64,000 nt of DNA from Octopus sinensis. Taxonomy: Eukaryota. Shown one piece after another: positions 38,581-50,958 of this stretch. The notes beneath the pieces were generated by a model. It was not told where the DNA came from and did not search any database. It saw only the letters and a list, made by a program, of their open reading frames with translations. The DNA is taken from positions 19,220,001-19,284,000 of the forward strand of contig NC_043016.1 of assembly GCF_006345805.1 (NCBI RefSeq). The letters are read 5' to 3'. Each line of letters begins with the position of its first letter. The first letter of the stretch is position 1. A program made the position numbers and the translations under genes.

Positions 38581-39800
38581 TTAGTTAATCATTTTGGAAA
38601 ACCATGGACCACTCAAGCAGAGAGTGGATGCTGGTTGTGACGTATCCAGGTGTATCCGGTATTTTCTGGAGGAATTTGTCCAGGTACCGTTTGAAAGTTG
38701 TGGGGCCCTTCCTACTTTAATTTTTTTCGGGATAACATTGAAAAGAGCAGGGCCATATGCAGTGAAGAAATTGTGTCGCAATGTTCTTGTGTGATATGAT
38801 CTCGACCTTTATTGGGGACGCATTGCACGGGATCCCAGTCTTGTGTGAATTGTAAACATAATCCCAATATCATTTGGATAATATTGGTGGAGTATTTTTC
38901 CATATAGCACAAATAATGTATCCCTCACAGCGGCGTTGCAGAGAATAGAGTATGATATTGGGATTATGTTTACAATTCACACAAGACTGGGATCCCGTGC
39001 AATGCGTCCCCAATAAAGGTCGAGATCATATCACACAAGAACATTGCGACACAATTTCTTCACTGCATATGGCCCTGCTCTGAAATAGAGTTTCAGCTGT
39101 TTAAGTCGAACCCAATAGTCAAGTCCCATCATGCCATTTAGTTTTTTTAGTGATTGATCTTTGTGGCACTTCGATCCTCATTATGCTTTGTTTCTTTTTT
39201 GTAGAGAGACCACATTGGGCAGCAGTATTCGAGGTGGGGCCTAGTGAATGTGGAGAAGAGAAGGATGATGGTTTCCCGATCCCTAGATTGAAAAGTTCTG
39301 AGGATACACGAGTACATTCTGCGGGCAACATCGACTTTTTGTTGATGTGCATACACCACCTAAGGTTGCTGTCAACAGTTACACCCAAGTCTCTAATATT
39401 AACCGACGGTTCAAGTAGGTGTCCCAACAGTAGTGTATATGAGGTTGCTGTAGCCCAATTACAGACAGGTCTTTACCCTTGTTGTGTACAGAGACTGATT
39501 CGAAGTAGCCGTTGGAGAAAATGTCCTTTCTTCGGCCTGCCCGATCAGAGGGAGTGGCAGTGAAGTCTCTGATTTTCAGTTCAGCCCCTAAATGACGGTC
39601 GTTTAAGTGGGTCTCAGTTTGGACAAAGAAAAAGATTGGATGTGAGTGTGCTTCAATCCATCCCTCAATGTAGGATATTTTACATTTTTGAGCTTTGATG
39701 GCTGGGTTGATACCTTGCGCATTAAGGAGGAATGTCGTTGTTAAGGCAGAAGCTTCGTTGCGTTTCTTCAAGATCTGAACTCCATGCTTGTTGTTATTGA
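38581..39800 (-). mobile_element. CR1-like LINE remnant: APE N-terminus fused to RT C-terminus, with an internal inverted duplication
   Basis: LLNAQGINP..TETHL..SDRAGR..FSNGYFE then LEPSVNIRDLGVTVDSNLRW..ILRTFQSRD..RPHLEYCC..LDYWVRLKQL..LYSLQRR..GPALFNVIPK. Confidence 0.88.
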
Positions 39801-39978
39801 GATTGTTGTTGCTACTCAGTGGTGTTTTTCACCTTGGGTTGGTACTAGAGGTTGAATACTTCTCTTTTTTTTTAAAAATTAAGTATTTTTTAAAGGCAAG
39901 TTAAATCTATTTACAAATATTTTATCCAAATGCCTTCATATCAAAGTTATTGAAGAGGAAAAATGTCTTTATGCAGTT

Positions 39979-40017
<39 letters not shown>

Positions 40018-40715
40018 GGAGAGGACCGAAATCCTTCAAAGGGATGTCAAACATCCAAGTCCGCCAGCACAATCCAAGTAAAGAATATATATAAAAATAT
40101 ACATTCAGTATTTGCAAAAACAAATAAATGATGTAAATATATATATATATTCTTTTACTTTATATACTTTCAATCCTAATGCTGTGGCCATGATCACACA
40201 CACACGCACGCACACACACACATACACACACACTCACACACACACGCTCACACACGCGCACACACACGCAGACACACATGCACACACTCACTCACACACA
40301 TACACTTATACACATATATTTATGCATGGTGATTTATATGTACACACGCATATATATGCACATGCACATATACTTACACATTGATTAAGCACAAGACAGC
40401 GTAAATAAAGACTTAATTTAATTAAAATATTAGAAAGCCTGAGCATGAGAGAAATTACCATAGCGTAAATGAATTCTGTCTATGCTTTTGATTTGCGAAA
40501 AAAAAAAGAGGAAATATTAGTTTATTGACCGCTCCTCAGTGTAGATGTACCTGATTTTCTCCCCTAGCCGACAGGCTTACAATACTCAGATGTCATATAA
40601 AAAATCAGAAATTAATGTATTACTGTAGTGGATAAAATAATTTGCACATTTTAATTTTGTGTCTTGTCATATATATGAAAATATATTATGCATGACACAA
40701 CATGAATCTGAAAGG

Positions 40716-41139
40716 GGATCCTTTTGGTTTGAACGGCAGTTTTTTCTAGCGATGTCATATGAAATTGTTACCCATAATTATAACCCTAGCATCGATCTAT
40801 TGCATTTCAATCTGTTTTAGGGTTAGGGTTAGGGATAGGGGTGGGGGGAAGGGTATCTTTTTTTCTTCACAAATGTAAATAAACCCAATCTGTTTCTTAA
40901 ACGAGGGACATATTCATACGGGACAGAATGTTTTTTTTTTCCTCAATAGACGTCAGTGATTGGTTGAAATTGCAGAAATTGAAGAAAAAAACCCACAAAT
41001 ATCTTACAAACTATAGAATTTTCTCAATAAATCCAAGAGAAAAAGATGTTTTATAAACATTCTACCAGTATACGAAGTTTGAAATTTTTTAGTTACCTAG
41101 AAATTACGTTAAAAACTGCCGTTCAAACCGAAAAGATCC
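40716..41139. mobile_element. 424-bp non-autonomous TIR (MITE-like) element containing (TTAGGG)3
   Basis: 29-bp TIRs ggatccttttggtttgaacggcagttttt and aaaaactgccgttcaaaccgaaaagatcc (2 mismatches); no ORF; superfamily not assigned. Confidence 0.75.
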
Positions 41140-41156
41140 ATATTTATTGATATTAA

Positions 41157-41256
41157 GCAGAAGCAACAGAGTGACTCAAGGTCCGAGAGTTTCAGGCATT
41201 AGAACTTGTGCCAACGCATGAAACTCTTGGACCGTGAGTCACTCTGTTGCTTCTGC
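41157..41256. repeat. 100-bp hairpin (38-bp arms, 2 mismatches)
   Basis: gcagaagcaacagagtgactcaaggtccgagagtttca / tgaaactcttggaccgtgagtcactctgttgcttctgc. Confidence 0.9.
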
Positions 41257-41529
41257 TAAATGTTTATAAACATATACATATACTCTCATATTCTGAGTTC
41301 TACTTTTTCGGTTTGCACCAGCATACCTGTATATATACATGTACTCATACTTTGAATTCTATCTTTCCTATTTGCACCAACACACCTGTATATACATACA
41401 TACATACATACATACATACATACATACATACATACATACATACATACATACATACATACATGCACATATATATATATATGTTAAATATTGGGTGTGCTTT
41501 GCGTACCGTTACTTAATAAATGAAAAAAA

Positions 41530-41990
41530 AGCAACGACAGGTAAAAAATGTATACGTATACACAGAGGGTCCCTTATTCTTCATCAGTTATCAACCAGAA
41601 CGGTAATACTCAGTTTTGCACCAGTAGTGATAAGACTGAGGACCTCCCATATTAGAGGTGTCTGCAAAAGACGCGGAGAATGTCGAGCCTCAAGCAAACA
41701 AGTAACAGAGAGTGGACATACAAAAGTAACAAAAAATGAGTATTTTAAGACGATGGACAAAGAAGAAGGGAGCAACAGAGGCCTTCGAGCAAAAACACAA
41801 GAATGGTGGGTAACGCTTAGAAGAAATCCTGAAGGATATACACACCAACAAATAGCAAGACAGAAAATTTTTCATTTTTTGCGACTGAATCGCTGGGCGG
41901 CCAGTACGAGAAAGAGAGAGAGAATGGAAGAAAGCTGGCCACGGGCCATGTGTCTGCAGCAGGTAGAGGAGAAAGGGAGAGAGGGCGACA
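41530..41990 (+). mobile_element. RTE-clade LINE 3' remnant
   Basis: WTY/KVTKNEYFKTMDKE..WVTLRRNPEG..RERW resemble RTE KVTNEEVLRRM..WIGHTLRR..DRERW; frameshifted. Confidence 0.5.
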
Positions 41991-42055
41991 GACAGTAGAC
42001 AGAGAGAAAATAGGGGAAGAAATGAAGAGGGAAATATATATATATATATATATAT

Positions 42056-42574
42056 TGTTACGAACGAAAATATATTTAGATAATTTCTCGTTCGTACGAC
42101 GCGAATTAGAACACCGCTCTCAGGGTTTGCAAGCGAATATGAAAAAAATAGTTCTTTATGGCCACATGACTCATTAAAACGTAAGCGGTATGTTTTTGGC
42201 GCGATTTTTGCTGTGTGGAAGAACTATAAAAACTGCTAGTGAACATGTGGCTATAGAGTTAGTTTGTGTTGAGTTTGTTCAACGAGAGTCGACGGTGTCG
42301 AACAGTAGGTTTGAAGTCTGCTGGAAGACTATGTGCAACGTTGACGAGTGATATGCTGGGAAGTCGAGACGTGAGTGGTTTTATGTAGTAAGTCGGCGCC
42401 ATGCGGTCGATGTGTGAGATGTTGCCGAGCAGTTCGTGTGGAACAGTTGACACAGTAGTTGGTTTCGACGGTTAATGTGAACGGGGAGAAACTTTTTAAT
42501 TTGCTGCGAAAATAGTCAGTGCGAACTTGGCAACGTAAAGAATGTGGAGTGGCACCGTGAATTAAGAAGTAACA
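42056..42574 (+). mobile_element. Probable solo LTR (519 bp)
   Basis: Starts TGTTAC and ends GTAACA (6-bp terminal inverted repeat); internal ctataaaa; CpG-rich relative to the flanks. No TSD visible because the left flank is (TA)n. Confidence 0.6.
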
Positions 42575-42910
42575 AGAGTCAAGCCGAAATAAAAACGATA
42601 AAAAATGATAGAAAATAAATCATTAGACTGGTGAATAAAAGAAAAGCTCACCAAAAGATGTCTACACATTCCAGAGGTAAATGAAAGAACTCTCTAAAAA
42701 CATTCTAAACAACTGTCTATTTATTCCATAAATGTTTATTCAACTCTCAATTAAAGTTCTTTAATTTTGGTATACTCAATGTTTGATTACTTCTTCTTAC
42801 CCTCTAATCAAGTTAGTTTGCTGAGGTCGCCGACGGTCTTCTGAGCTATAAGACACAATCTGTTCGAGCTTGTTGGGGATATCAAGAGGTGGCGTGCGTA
42901 CAGCGTAACA

Positions 42911-42956
<46 letters not shown>

Positions 42957-42964
42957 TATATATA

Positions 42965-43284
42965 TAATTATTGATAATAAAGAGTATGGAGACTTGTACA
43001 TCTGCAGCATATATTTTATATTTGACCATCCACGAAATGAATCCGTCCATTTGGTCATCCTCGAAGTTCACTTCGAGGATGACCAAATGGATGGATTCAC
43101 TTCGAAGATTGTCAAATGGACGGACTCTAATGAAGCTGCACAGACAATAATGCAAGATTGCATATACAATAGTGAGTAGTCGTTGTCGCGGAAACACGTT
43201 TAGGTCATCATAATATGGTGTATATAAATATAAAATAAATTTTGTAGATGTACAAGTCTTCATGCCCTTTATTATTAATAATTA
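42965..43284. repeat. Nested inverted-repeat unit (probable inverted PLE pLTR pair)
   Basis: Outer 59-bp arms 42965-43023 and 43226-43284 (8 mismatches); inner 62-bp palindrome 43038-43099 (30-bp arms, 1 mismatch, 2-nt spacer). Confidence 0.85.
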
Positions 43285-43289
43285 TACAC

Positions 43290-44708
43290 TCCAGACAATT
43301 TTTAGCGTCCAGCAAAGCGTGCTCGGAATTACCCATCGGAAGTACTCACGGAGTGACTAGCAACAAATTGTAATCACAGTCATTAAATACCGATCGTAGT
43401 GGTTAGCCGTTAACTGAAAACTGAGTGTTAATTTATCCACCCGGATAATAAATTTCTCTAACTCAGTGGGTTGAGTTAAAGGTTATATCCCTTGGTACCA
43501 AAACATCGTTACTGGGAATGATTTTGTTGCAAGTCGGCAAGAGTTTTCTGGAAAAGAGTTGGTGTGAAATGTCTGTCTTGGTTTTCTTGTGGAAATGTGA
43601 TGTTTGTAGTGGTACTGTATGTGTAACCTTTGCGATGGGTGGGGGTAGGAGTGTGGGCATATACAACTGTGTTCGTTAGAGGGTTTCCTTTCTTTTATGT
43701 ATTGGTTAAATTATGTGTGCATGGGGTATGTGTAGGGGTACAATATGTGAGGGAACTTATATTGGGGTGGTGGAAAAAGTCTACTGGGTAGGTGTCCACC
43801 GTGCTGGGGCGCGTGTGTTTGTGGGAGCGTTAGTGTATGCTCCGGTTAAGCGTTTTACTGGATTCCCAGGTATTGGTGGAGGGTCGAAGTTGGAGGACTG
43901 GTGATTATAGTCATGATGTGGCGCGAAGATATAATAGGATGTTCTTCCTTTAATGTGAACAAGGAATAAAAATTTCACTTCTGCTATCTAGGTAAGTGCC
44001 TGGCTGCTGGGTACTCTTTTCTCAGCCAGGCATAACCTGCATTGCCTGCTGCTATTGAAATACATTTTATATTTCTCTAGAATGTTCCACTTTGTGCTGT
44101 AATCGGTGGTGATTTCTTTCATTGACCATATGTGTTTGGCTAGGGTTGTAGCGTTACATTTCTCCAGGTTGTTATAGCGAGTTCAGTTGATGTCTTCAGT
44201 TGCTCCCAAGTACTTTAGCACGTTTGGTTGCTCATTTGGTCCCAAGGCTGTTATCTCTGCCTCGTATACGACGGTCCCCGTGTTACAGTGGCTGTTCAGT
44301 GGACATATTGTGTTACCCTTACACGAGCATCCTGTCTTTTACATAGGGTGCAAAGCTAAAGGGTATACCTATTGAATATTTTGCTGAGCCTATTTGTACG
44401 GGGGAAGTGCTGTCTATTAAGCTAAGGAAAATCTTACCTACTCGGGTTTTAGTACTTAAAGAGAAGAGTTGTGTGAACCACAACACTTCCCGGTGGTGCT
44501 TTCCATTGGAGGGGTTAGGGTTTGCCGTGTAATTAATTCTATTTTTGAAACTGCGCTTGAGCTTCATTGCAGTACGGGGTGGCGGCATCAAAAATCTATT
44601 TATTTGACCATAAGTTGGAGATTTTTCTTTTGACATTTTTTCACCAGATTCTTAGGAACCTGTGTTAATATATGATAGCTTCTCGTTAGGCTTCCTAAAG
44701 GGCCTATA
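43290..44708 (-). mobile_element. Naiad-like Penelope 3' fragment
   Basis: YRPFRKPNEKLSYIN..EVLWFTQLFSLSTKTRVGKIFLSLID..CSCKGNTICPLNSHC..VVYEAEI..YLGATE..TTLAKHIW..CRLCLAEK..SEIFIPCSH; the lower boundary is approximate. Confidence 0.85.
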
Positions 44709-44945
44709 GGCACCGGATTTCAAATATATGTATTGTGCAAGTGTCTTCTACTATAGCTCCGGCGGGCGAAAACCATGTAAGTGGATTTGGTTGGCGGAAA
44801 ATGAAAAGAAGCCCGCCGTATATATATATATCTATGTATATATGTGTGTGTGTATGTGCGCGCGCGTGTGTGCATGCATGTGTGTATGTGTACTCCAGCA
44901 TGGCTGCAGTCAAATGACCTAAACCAGTAAATATAAAAGATAAAT
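44709..44945 (+). mobile_element. Internally deleted SINE family B copy
   Basis: gcaagtgtcttctactatagc..gtggatttgg..gaaaagaagccc, then the tail ctccagcatggctgcagtcaaatgac. Confidence 0.75.
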
Positions 44946-45981
44946 GACACACGCACACGCACACATACACACAATAGATCTGCTCAAAATATAGGAAAGA
45001 GTTAGCGGAGGCATTTCTGTATATATAATGGGAAATACACAACATTGGGGGTCCAATTATATTGTGACATTTTGTGTCACTCCTTCATATAGCTAGCTAG
45101 CTACCTACCTATCTACACACATACATACACGCATATACACAGACATACACACATATATATTTATATACATACGTATATATACATATATATACATACATAT
45201 ATAATTATATGTATATATATATCAATATACATGTATATATATATATATATACGTACATACACACATATACATACATGTATACATATAAACATATATGTCT
45301 GTTTGCGTGTGTATATGTGTGTATGTGTGTTTGTATAAATGCATATATATTCATGTATATATGTATAAATATATATCATATGTAAGCAAATTCATAACTA
45401 TATACACATATATGTCTATGTATATATATATTAGTATATGCATACCAGCATGTATACGAATATATACGTATATACTTACATCTGTGTGCAAATATATTTT
45501 GTGCAGTATGAACATACGTTTTTTAAGCATGCATACATAGAGACGCACATACACACGTGAATATATATGTATGTATGTATGTATGCTTGTATGTGTGTGT
45601 GTGTATGTTTGTTTGTATGCGTATAAAGAAAATTACATCAACTGATAGATGTCTGATAGATGTCATGAGGCTATCACTTGCTCTTGGATCGAATATTTAT
45701 CACTACGATCTTTTGGCCTCGGGTTATTACACTTACTAAAAGCGCTAGGACTTAACGAACATAATAATGAAAGGTACAACAAAGATAATATATAAATAGA
45801 CGTAGAAATTAAATTTGTATTTATATATGTATTTATTTGTGTATGTTTTTGTGTATGCTTGTACATAGATGCGTCGGATATGCACACATTAATGCTTATA
45901 CGCATTTACCCGAGTATATATGCGTCACTCTCTGTTTGTATGTATACACATATAGATATATAAACCACATATGCTGATGTT

Positions 45982-46035
<54 letters not shown>

Positions 46036-46653
46036 TGTATATGCAACATGCAAAGTATTTGTGTATGTATGCATATATACAGAAATGTATAAAGTATTAT
46101 TTTACCAGAGGTATATATAATGTGTCTACAACAATTTCATCAGAGCTACTTTAACGTAACGCCTTCCAACTAAATACAAACACGATATGAGTTTTAACGT
46201 TCTAAAACATTATCTTCCACAAAATTGACCCCTCCCGCCTTCTCCTTTCACCTTGACTTTCACCTAACCATACGCCTTTTCGAAACTTCTCGCCTGTTCC
46301 TCAATGCATCACTGCTGCAATCTTTTGTCTACTTAATAAAATAGCTTTATATTTACAGCTTTTTGATGTGTATTTTCTTTTCCTTTGGTTTTTATTAATT
46401 TTGGGGTTTTCTTTTTACATTTCCTCAAAAATCTATTAAAAGCATAAGTGATTTGTATATTCGTACATGTCACGACAGATATACTTCTATGTATCTATCA
46501 TACATCTATGTCTTCCCTATCATTATATGTTACGCTCTCTCTCTCTCCCTATCTTGCTTACTCATCTGTCTGTTTGTCTGTTTGTCAGTCTACCAGTCTG
46601 CCTGCCTGTCTGCCTGTCTCTTTGTCTGTCCGTCTGCCTGTTTGTCTGTCTGA

Positions 46654-46693
<40 letters not shown>

Positions 46694-46742
46694 ATCTATC
46701 TATCAATTTATATCCTTTCTTTCTCCTTCACTCTAAACACCA

Positions 46743-46786
<44 letters not shown>

Positions 46787-46879
46787 GATATTATATATAT
46801 ATATATATATATATGTTGTGAGTGTGTGTGTGTGTGTGTGTTTATGTCCTGAAAGAGAAGCACACTTTAAGCAGTAGAA

Positions 46880-47720
46880 TATATCGATAAAGATAGCTAT
46901 GGTTGGTCTATGGTGTTGCCCCCGGTTTCACGTCCATAAAGTGCTTAGTTTTACGGCCTCTCTTCTGATCCTAAAACCCGTTGGCCTATGGCCTCTCTTG
47001 TAAATGGCCTCTTTAGAAAATGAAGGAGGAAATGACTTCGTTACAACAAGGGATTGTCTCCCTTTGACTATTAATTGACCATGTTGACGTGTTAATCCCA
47101 GGAGGCCAACAGGAATTTCCTAAAGTGCAAGTCGGGTCCGAAGACCACCGTCCTGGAGTTAAGAATGTTCCTCGGTTCGAGGAAGTGCTTTAATAACCTC
47201 GACCATTCGGCTATGCGAAGTTTACAACGCTCAGTCCCATAAGGGCCTGGATTTTCTAGGATATTCCATGATATCACGTGTGGAATTTCATCGTCTTTCA
47301 GCCGTCATACATGGCTAGCTAAGGACGTAGCGTATCTCCTTTCCGGGATCCTGAAAGAGGATCTGTGGTTGTAGAGGTGCTGTTTGAACGTGTTACCGAA
47401 ACATCCGATGTATCTTAGTGTGCAGGTGTTAGCGATTCTGTTTCTGTCGATGTTGACGCTGCTGCCGTTGTTATTGGTGTTGGTGCTGGCATCGTCAAAT
47501 GTGCCGTTTGTGTTGGTGACTTCGCCGATGCCGTTAATACTGGCGTAGGGGACATCATCGGTTGCACTATTGTTGGTGTTATAGCCATGTTGTTGGTGTT
47601 GTTGGATCTGTTATCGGCGCTATCGTTGTTATTGTTATCGTTAGCGATGGCTTTGCTGCTATTTCTGTTCGGGATGCTGGCAATAACAGCAGCAATAACA
47701 ACAACAATAACAACGATTGC
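46880..47720 (-). mobile_element. Naiad-like Penelope GIY-YIG remnant with low-complexity insert and 3' UTR
   Basis: LRYIGCFGNTFKQHLYNHRSSFRIPERRYATSLASHV*RLKD..ISWNILENPGPY..CKLRIAE..ILNSRTVVF..HFRKFLL. Confidence 0.8.
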
Positions 47721-48379
47721 AACGGCACATGTATGTAAAATTAAAATGTATAATATATCTGTGTGAGTGTGTGTGTATTTATGTGCGTGCGTGTAAGTTC
47801 TGTATACATATACGTACACCTCCCACACACATGCAATTTGTAATATGTACTTTTATACATTTTGAATATATAAATACACTTATAAATACATACACATATA
47901 CAGGTTTGCATATGTGCATATATCTTTGGGTTTTAAATTCTTAATGGAATTCCAGCCGGTCGCCAGCAAAGTGACAAGACTATTTGAACTAAGGAAGTTC
48001 CCGGGATTTGTAAATAAAATATGCGGGTAACTTAGTGTGCGCACATGTAAATGTAAGCACCTGCATTTCTGTTCTGTGTGAACATGTCTCTGAAATACTA
48101 GATGTTTGCATGTATGTATCATTACTTCTTTACTTGTGTGTCATTGTCGATGCACGCAACCATGCGTTCATGTTTTCATTAAAAAAATTCAGATGGAGAG
48201 ACTCTGGGATGTGTTACAAAGTTTCACTGTGCCACGGATAGATAGAAATTGGAAGATGTGTGTCAGTATCTTTACCTCTTTCTTTAAAAAAAAAATTGTC
48301 CTAGGCTTTCGTATAAATACATAATTTTTGTAAGATCCACATTAATACGCCATAAATGATCTCTTTTTTCCTGGACATT

Positions 48380-48554
48380 GTACATTGACGTTCGCTGGAC
48401 AGCTAACCTCTACAACAGCGCATGGCTTTTGTTCCGTGTCCCATAGAACAATATTAAGTCTGTTGAGTTTTCACCGGATTGATCTTTTGTTTTGTTTGGG
48501 GGTATTCAACCAGTATTCCTTGTTTTGAAAGGTATGAATACATTCTGTTCTCAC
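48380..48554 (-). mobile_element. R4/Dong-like restriction-like endonuclease fragment
   Basis: EYWLNT..NRLNIVLWDTEQKPCAVVEVSCPANVNV resembles NRPDIVxWD..CxIIEVSCPADVN. Confidence 0.7.
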
Positions 48555-48654
48555 NNNNNNNNNNNNNNNNNNNNNNNNNNNNNNNNNNNNNNNNNNNNNN
48601 NNNNNNNNNNNNNNNNNNNNNNNNNNNNNNNNNNNNNNNNNNNNNNNNNNNNNN
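48555..48654. other. Assembly gap (100 N)
   Basis: Run of N; a round number, so the true gap size is probably unknown. Confidence 0.99.
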
Positions 48655-49090
48655 GGCATACATACATACATACATACATGCATACATACATACATGCATG
48701 CATACATACATACATACATACAACATACATACATACATACATACATACATACATACATAGCAGACAGCAGACAGTCGTTGAGGGATGGACAGACAGATAC
48801 GTGCATAAATTCATACACACTCGTTTATTCGTACATTATTACGTACATGCTTTCAATATACGTTTATATATACATATTCATATACACATTCTTTCGTTAA
48901 TACATTAATATACAGATATATTCATATATACCTAAGTACAATATGTATGCATGACTATATGCATTCACGCATACATGCATGTATATATGCTTACACGCAA
49001 CCATTCATATATACATACATGCATAAATACATACATACGAATGCATGCTTCTGTATGTATATATATATATATATGTGTGTGTGTTATATA

Positions 49091-49130
<40 letters not shown>

Positions 49131-49699
49131 ATATATATATATATATATATACATATATACATATATATACATACGGAATACATAATATACATAAATACAT
49201 ACATACAGACATGCATACGTACATGAACACATACACCGTGTGTTAACATACATACACGTGTATGTGTGTGTGTGTTTGTGTGTATGTGTGTGTGTGTGTG
49301 TGTGTTAACAAGTGAGATGCATGGGTGGCACTAGTGAGTTAGGTAGTGTGATGGCGTTTGTTAATAAATGATTTTTAAGTGCGTATAAAACTTTAACACA
49401 GAACAACCGGTATGGAGGTGACAATGCACATTGTTTAAGTGGATAGGAACAGAGAATCTGTAATAGTTCTTATTGTGAACAAGGTGGAATGGTAAAAGCT
49501 GTAGAAAAAGGAATTTCAGAAATGTCATTATCCCGATGTTTATTAATTGATATTTGAGTGCTTTTTATTCTTTGTAAGAAACTCACATTTGGAAAATGTG
49601 CATTTGACACGGTATTCTACTTGTAAAGGATGAGTTTGCTCATCGATAAACAGGTTAGGATATATTCACATATATATTTTTAAGGAATATAAAGGTCAC

Positions 49700-49714
49700 C
49701 GACAGTTGCAGGTA

Positions 49715-49779
<65 letters not shown>

Positions 49780-49829
49780 ATCTTCTATAATATATATATA
49801 TATATATACATATATATATTATATATCAC

Positions 49830-49867
<38 letters not shown>

Positions 49868-49889
49868 CTACATATATATATATACATAC

Positions 49890-49922
<33 letters not shown>

Positions 49923-50030
49923 CATACATATATTATATATAATACATATATATATATTACATGTATATATATATATATATACCACACACACTATAATATA
50001 TATATATATAATATAACAAAACCTATATAT
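49700..50030. repeat. TA-rich microsatellite
   Basis: Direct reading. Confidence 0.95.
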
Positions 50031-50679
50031 ATAGTACGTTTGTGTGGTTGTATGTATGTGTATGTTTGTGCATTTAGATAATTGTCAATTTAATTATATT
50101 CTTAATGTACATTGTACCTTTCTATTTATATATGTGTGTATGTACGAAATGTTTTTGTTTATGAATTATTTCATACTTATGTATTTAAGAGCATATGTAA
50201 TAGTATATTAATCCTCAAATATGCATGTATATATCTAAAATTGTGTTGGACTCGTCTGCATATTAATGCATTTTTATGTATGTGAGTATGTGTTTGCCAA
50301 TGTTATATAAGTGTGTATTACGTTTCTGTATGCTGTCACTACACGTCATGCGTACATGCCTACACGCGCATACACACAGATATATGTATGTATATATGTA
50401 TGTATTGATGGATATATGTATGGATGTATATATGTGTGTGTATGTATGTATGTAATATGAGTGTGTACGTATATATGATTGCATGTGAATATTTATATTT
50501 GTATATAAATGCGTGCTTTCGTGGGTATTAGTGGCTGTGGAATGAGAGACATGGTTAAGTGTATCTTATATATAAAAGTCAAGTTGTGTGTCTGTCTCCT
50601 ACGATTTAGATTCCTAACTTCTCCCACATTTTGCGGTGCAGTGTAACCAAAAGCGGATATTTTATAGTCGTGATTCATA

Positions 50680-50958
50680 TCGAGCCCTTCCGGGTATTAG
50701 CGCGCGTCTACGATGAGTCAACGATTTTAAAAATAATTTACCATCATTTTTTTCCATTTTAATGCATTTTTCGCTATTATATAAGGGAAGTAACTCTCTA
50801 AAAATGTCTACGATGAGTCAACGATTTTTTAAAAAAATTACCTAATTTTTTTTTTCCATTTTAATGCATTTTTTTGCTATTTTTGGCTATAACTCTCTAA
50901 AAATGCTTATATAGTTATTTCCCTTACAAACCCGAGCAACGCCGGGCGATACTGCTAG
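50680..50958 (+). mobile_element. Non-autonomous Helitron (279 bp)
   Basis: A|TC 5' end, subterminal hairpin cccg-agcaacgc-cggg, CTAG|T 3' end; internal 100-bp tandem duplication (units start at 50706 and 50806). Confidence 0.85.

Noticed and set aside
46905-46975. Possible minus-strand hammerhead in the Naiad 3' UTR (CAGAAGA...GAAAC-cgggg-GCA)
   Set aside because: The core, stem I and stem III are all mismatched; too degenerate to support.
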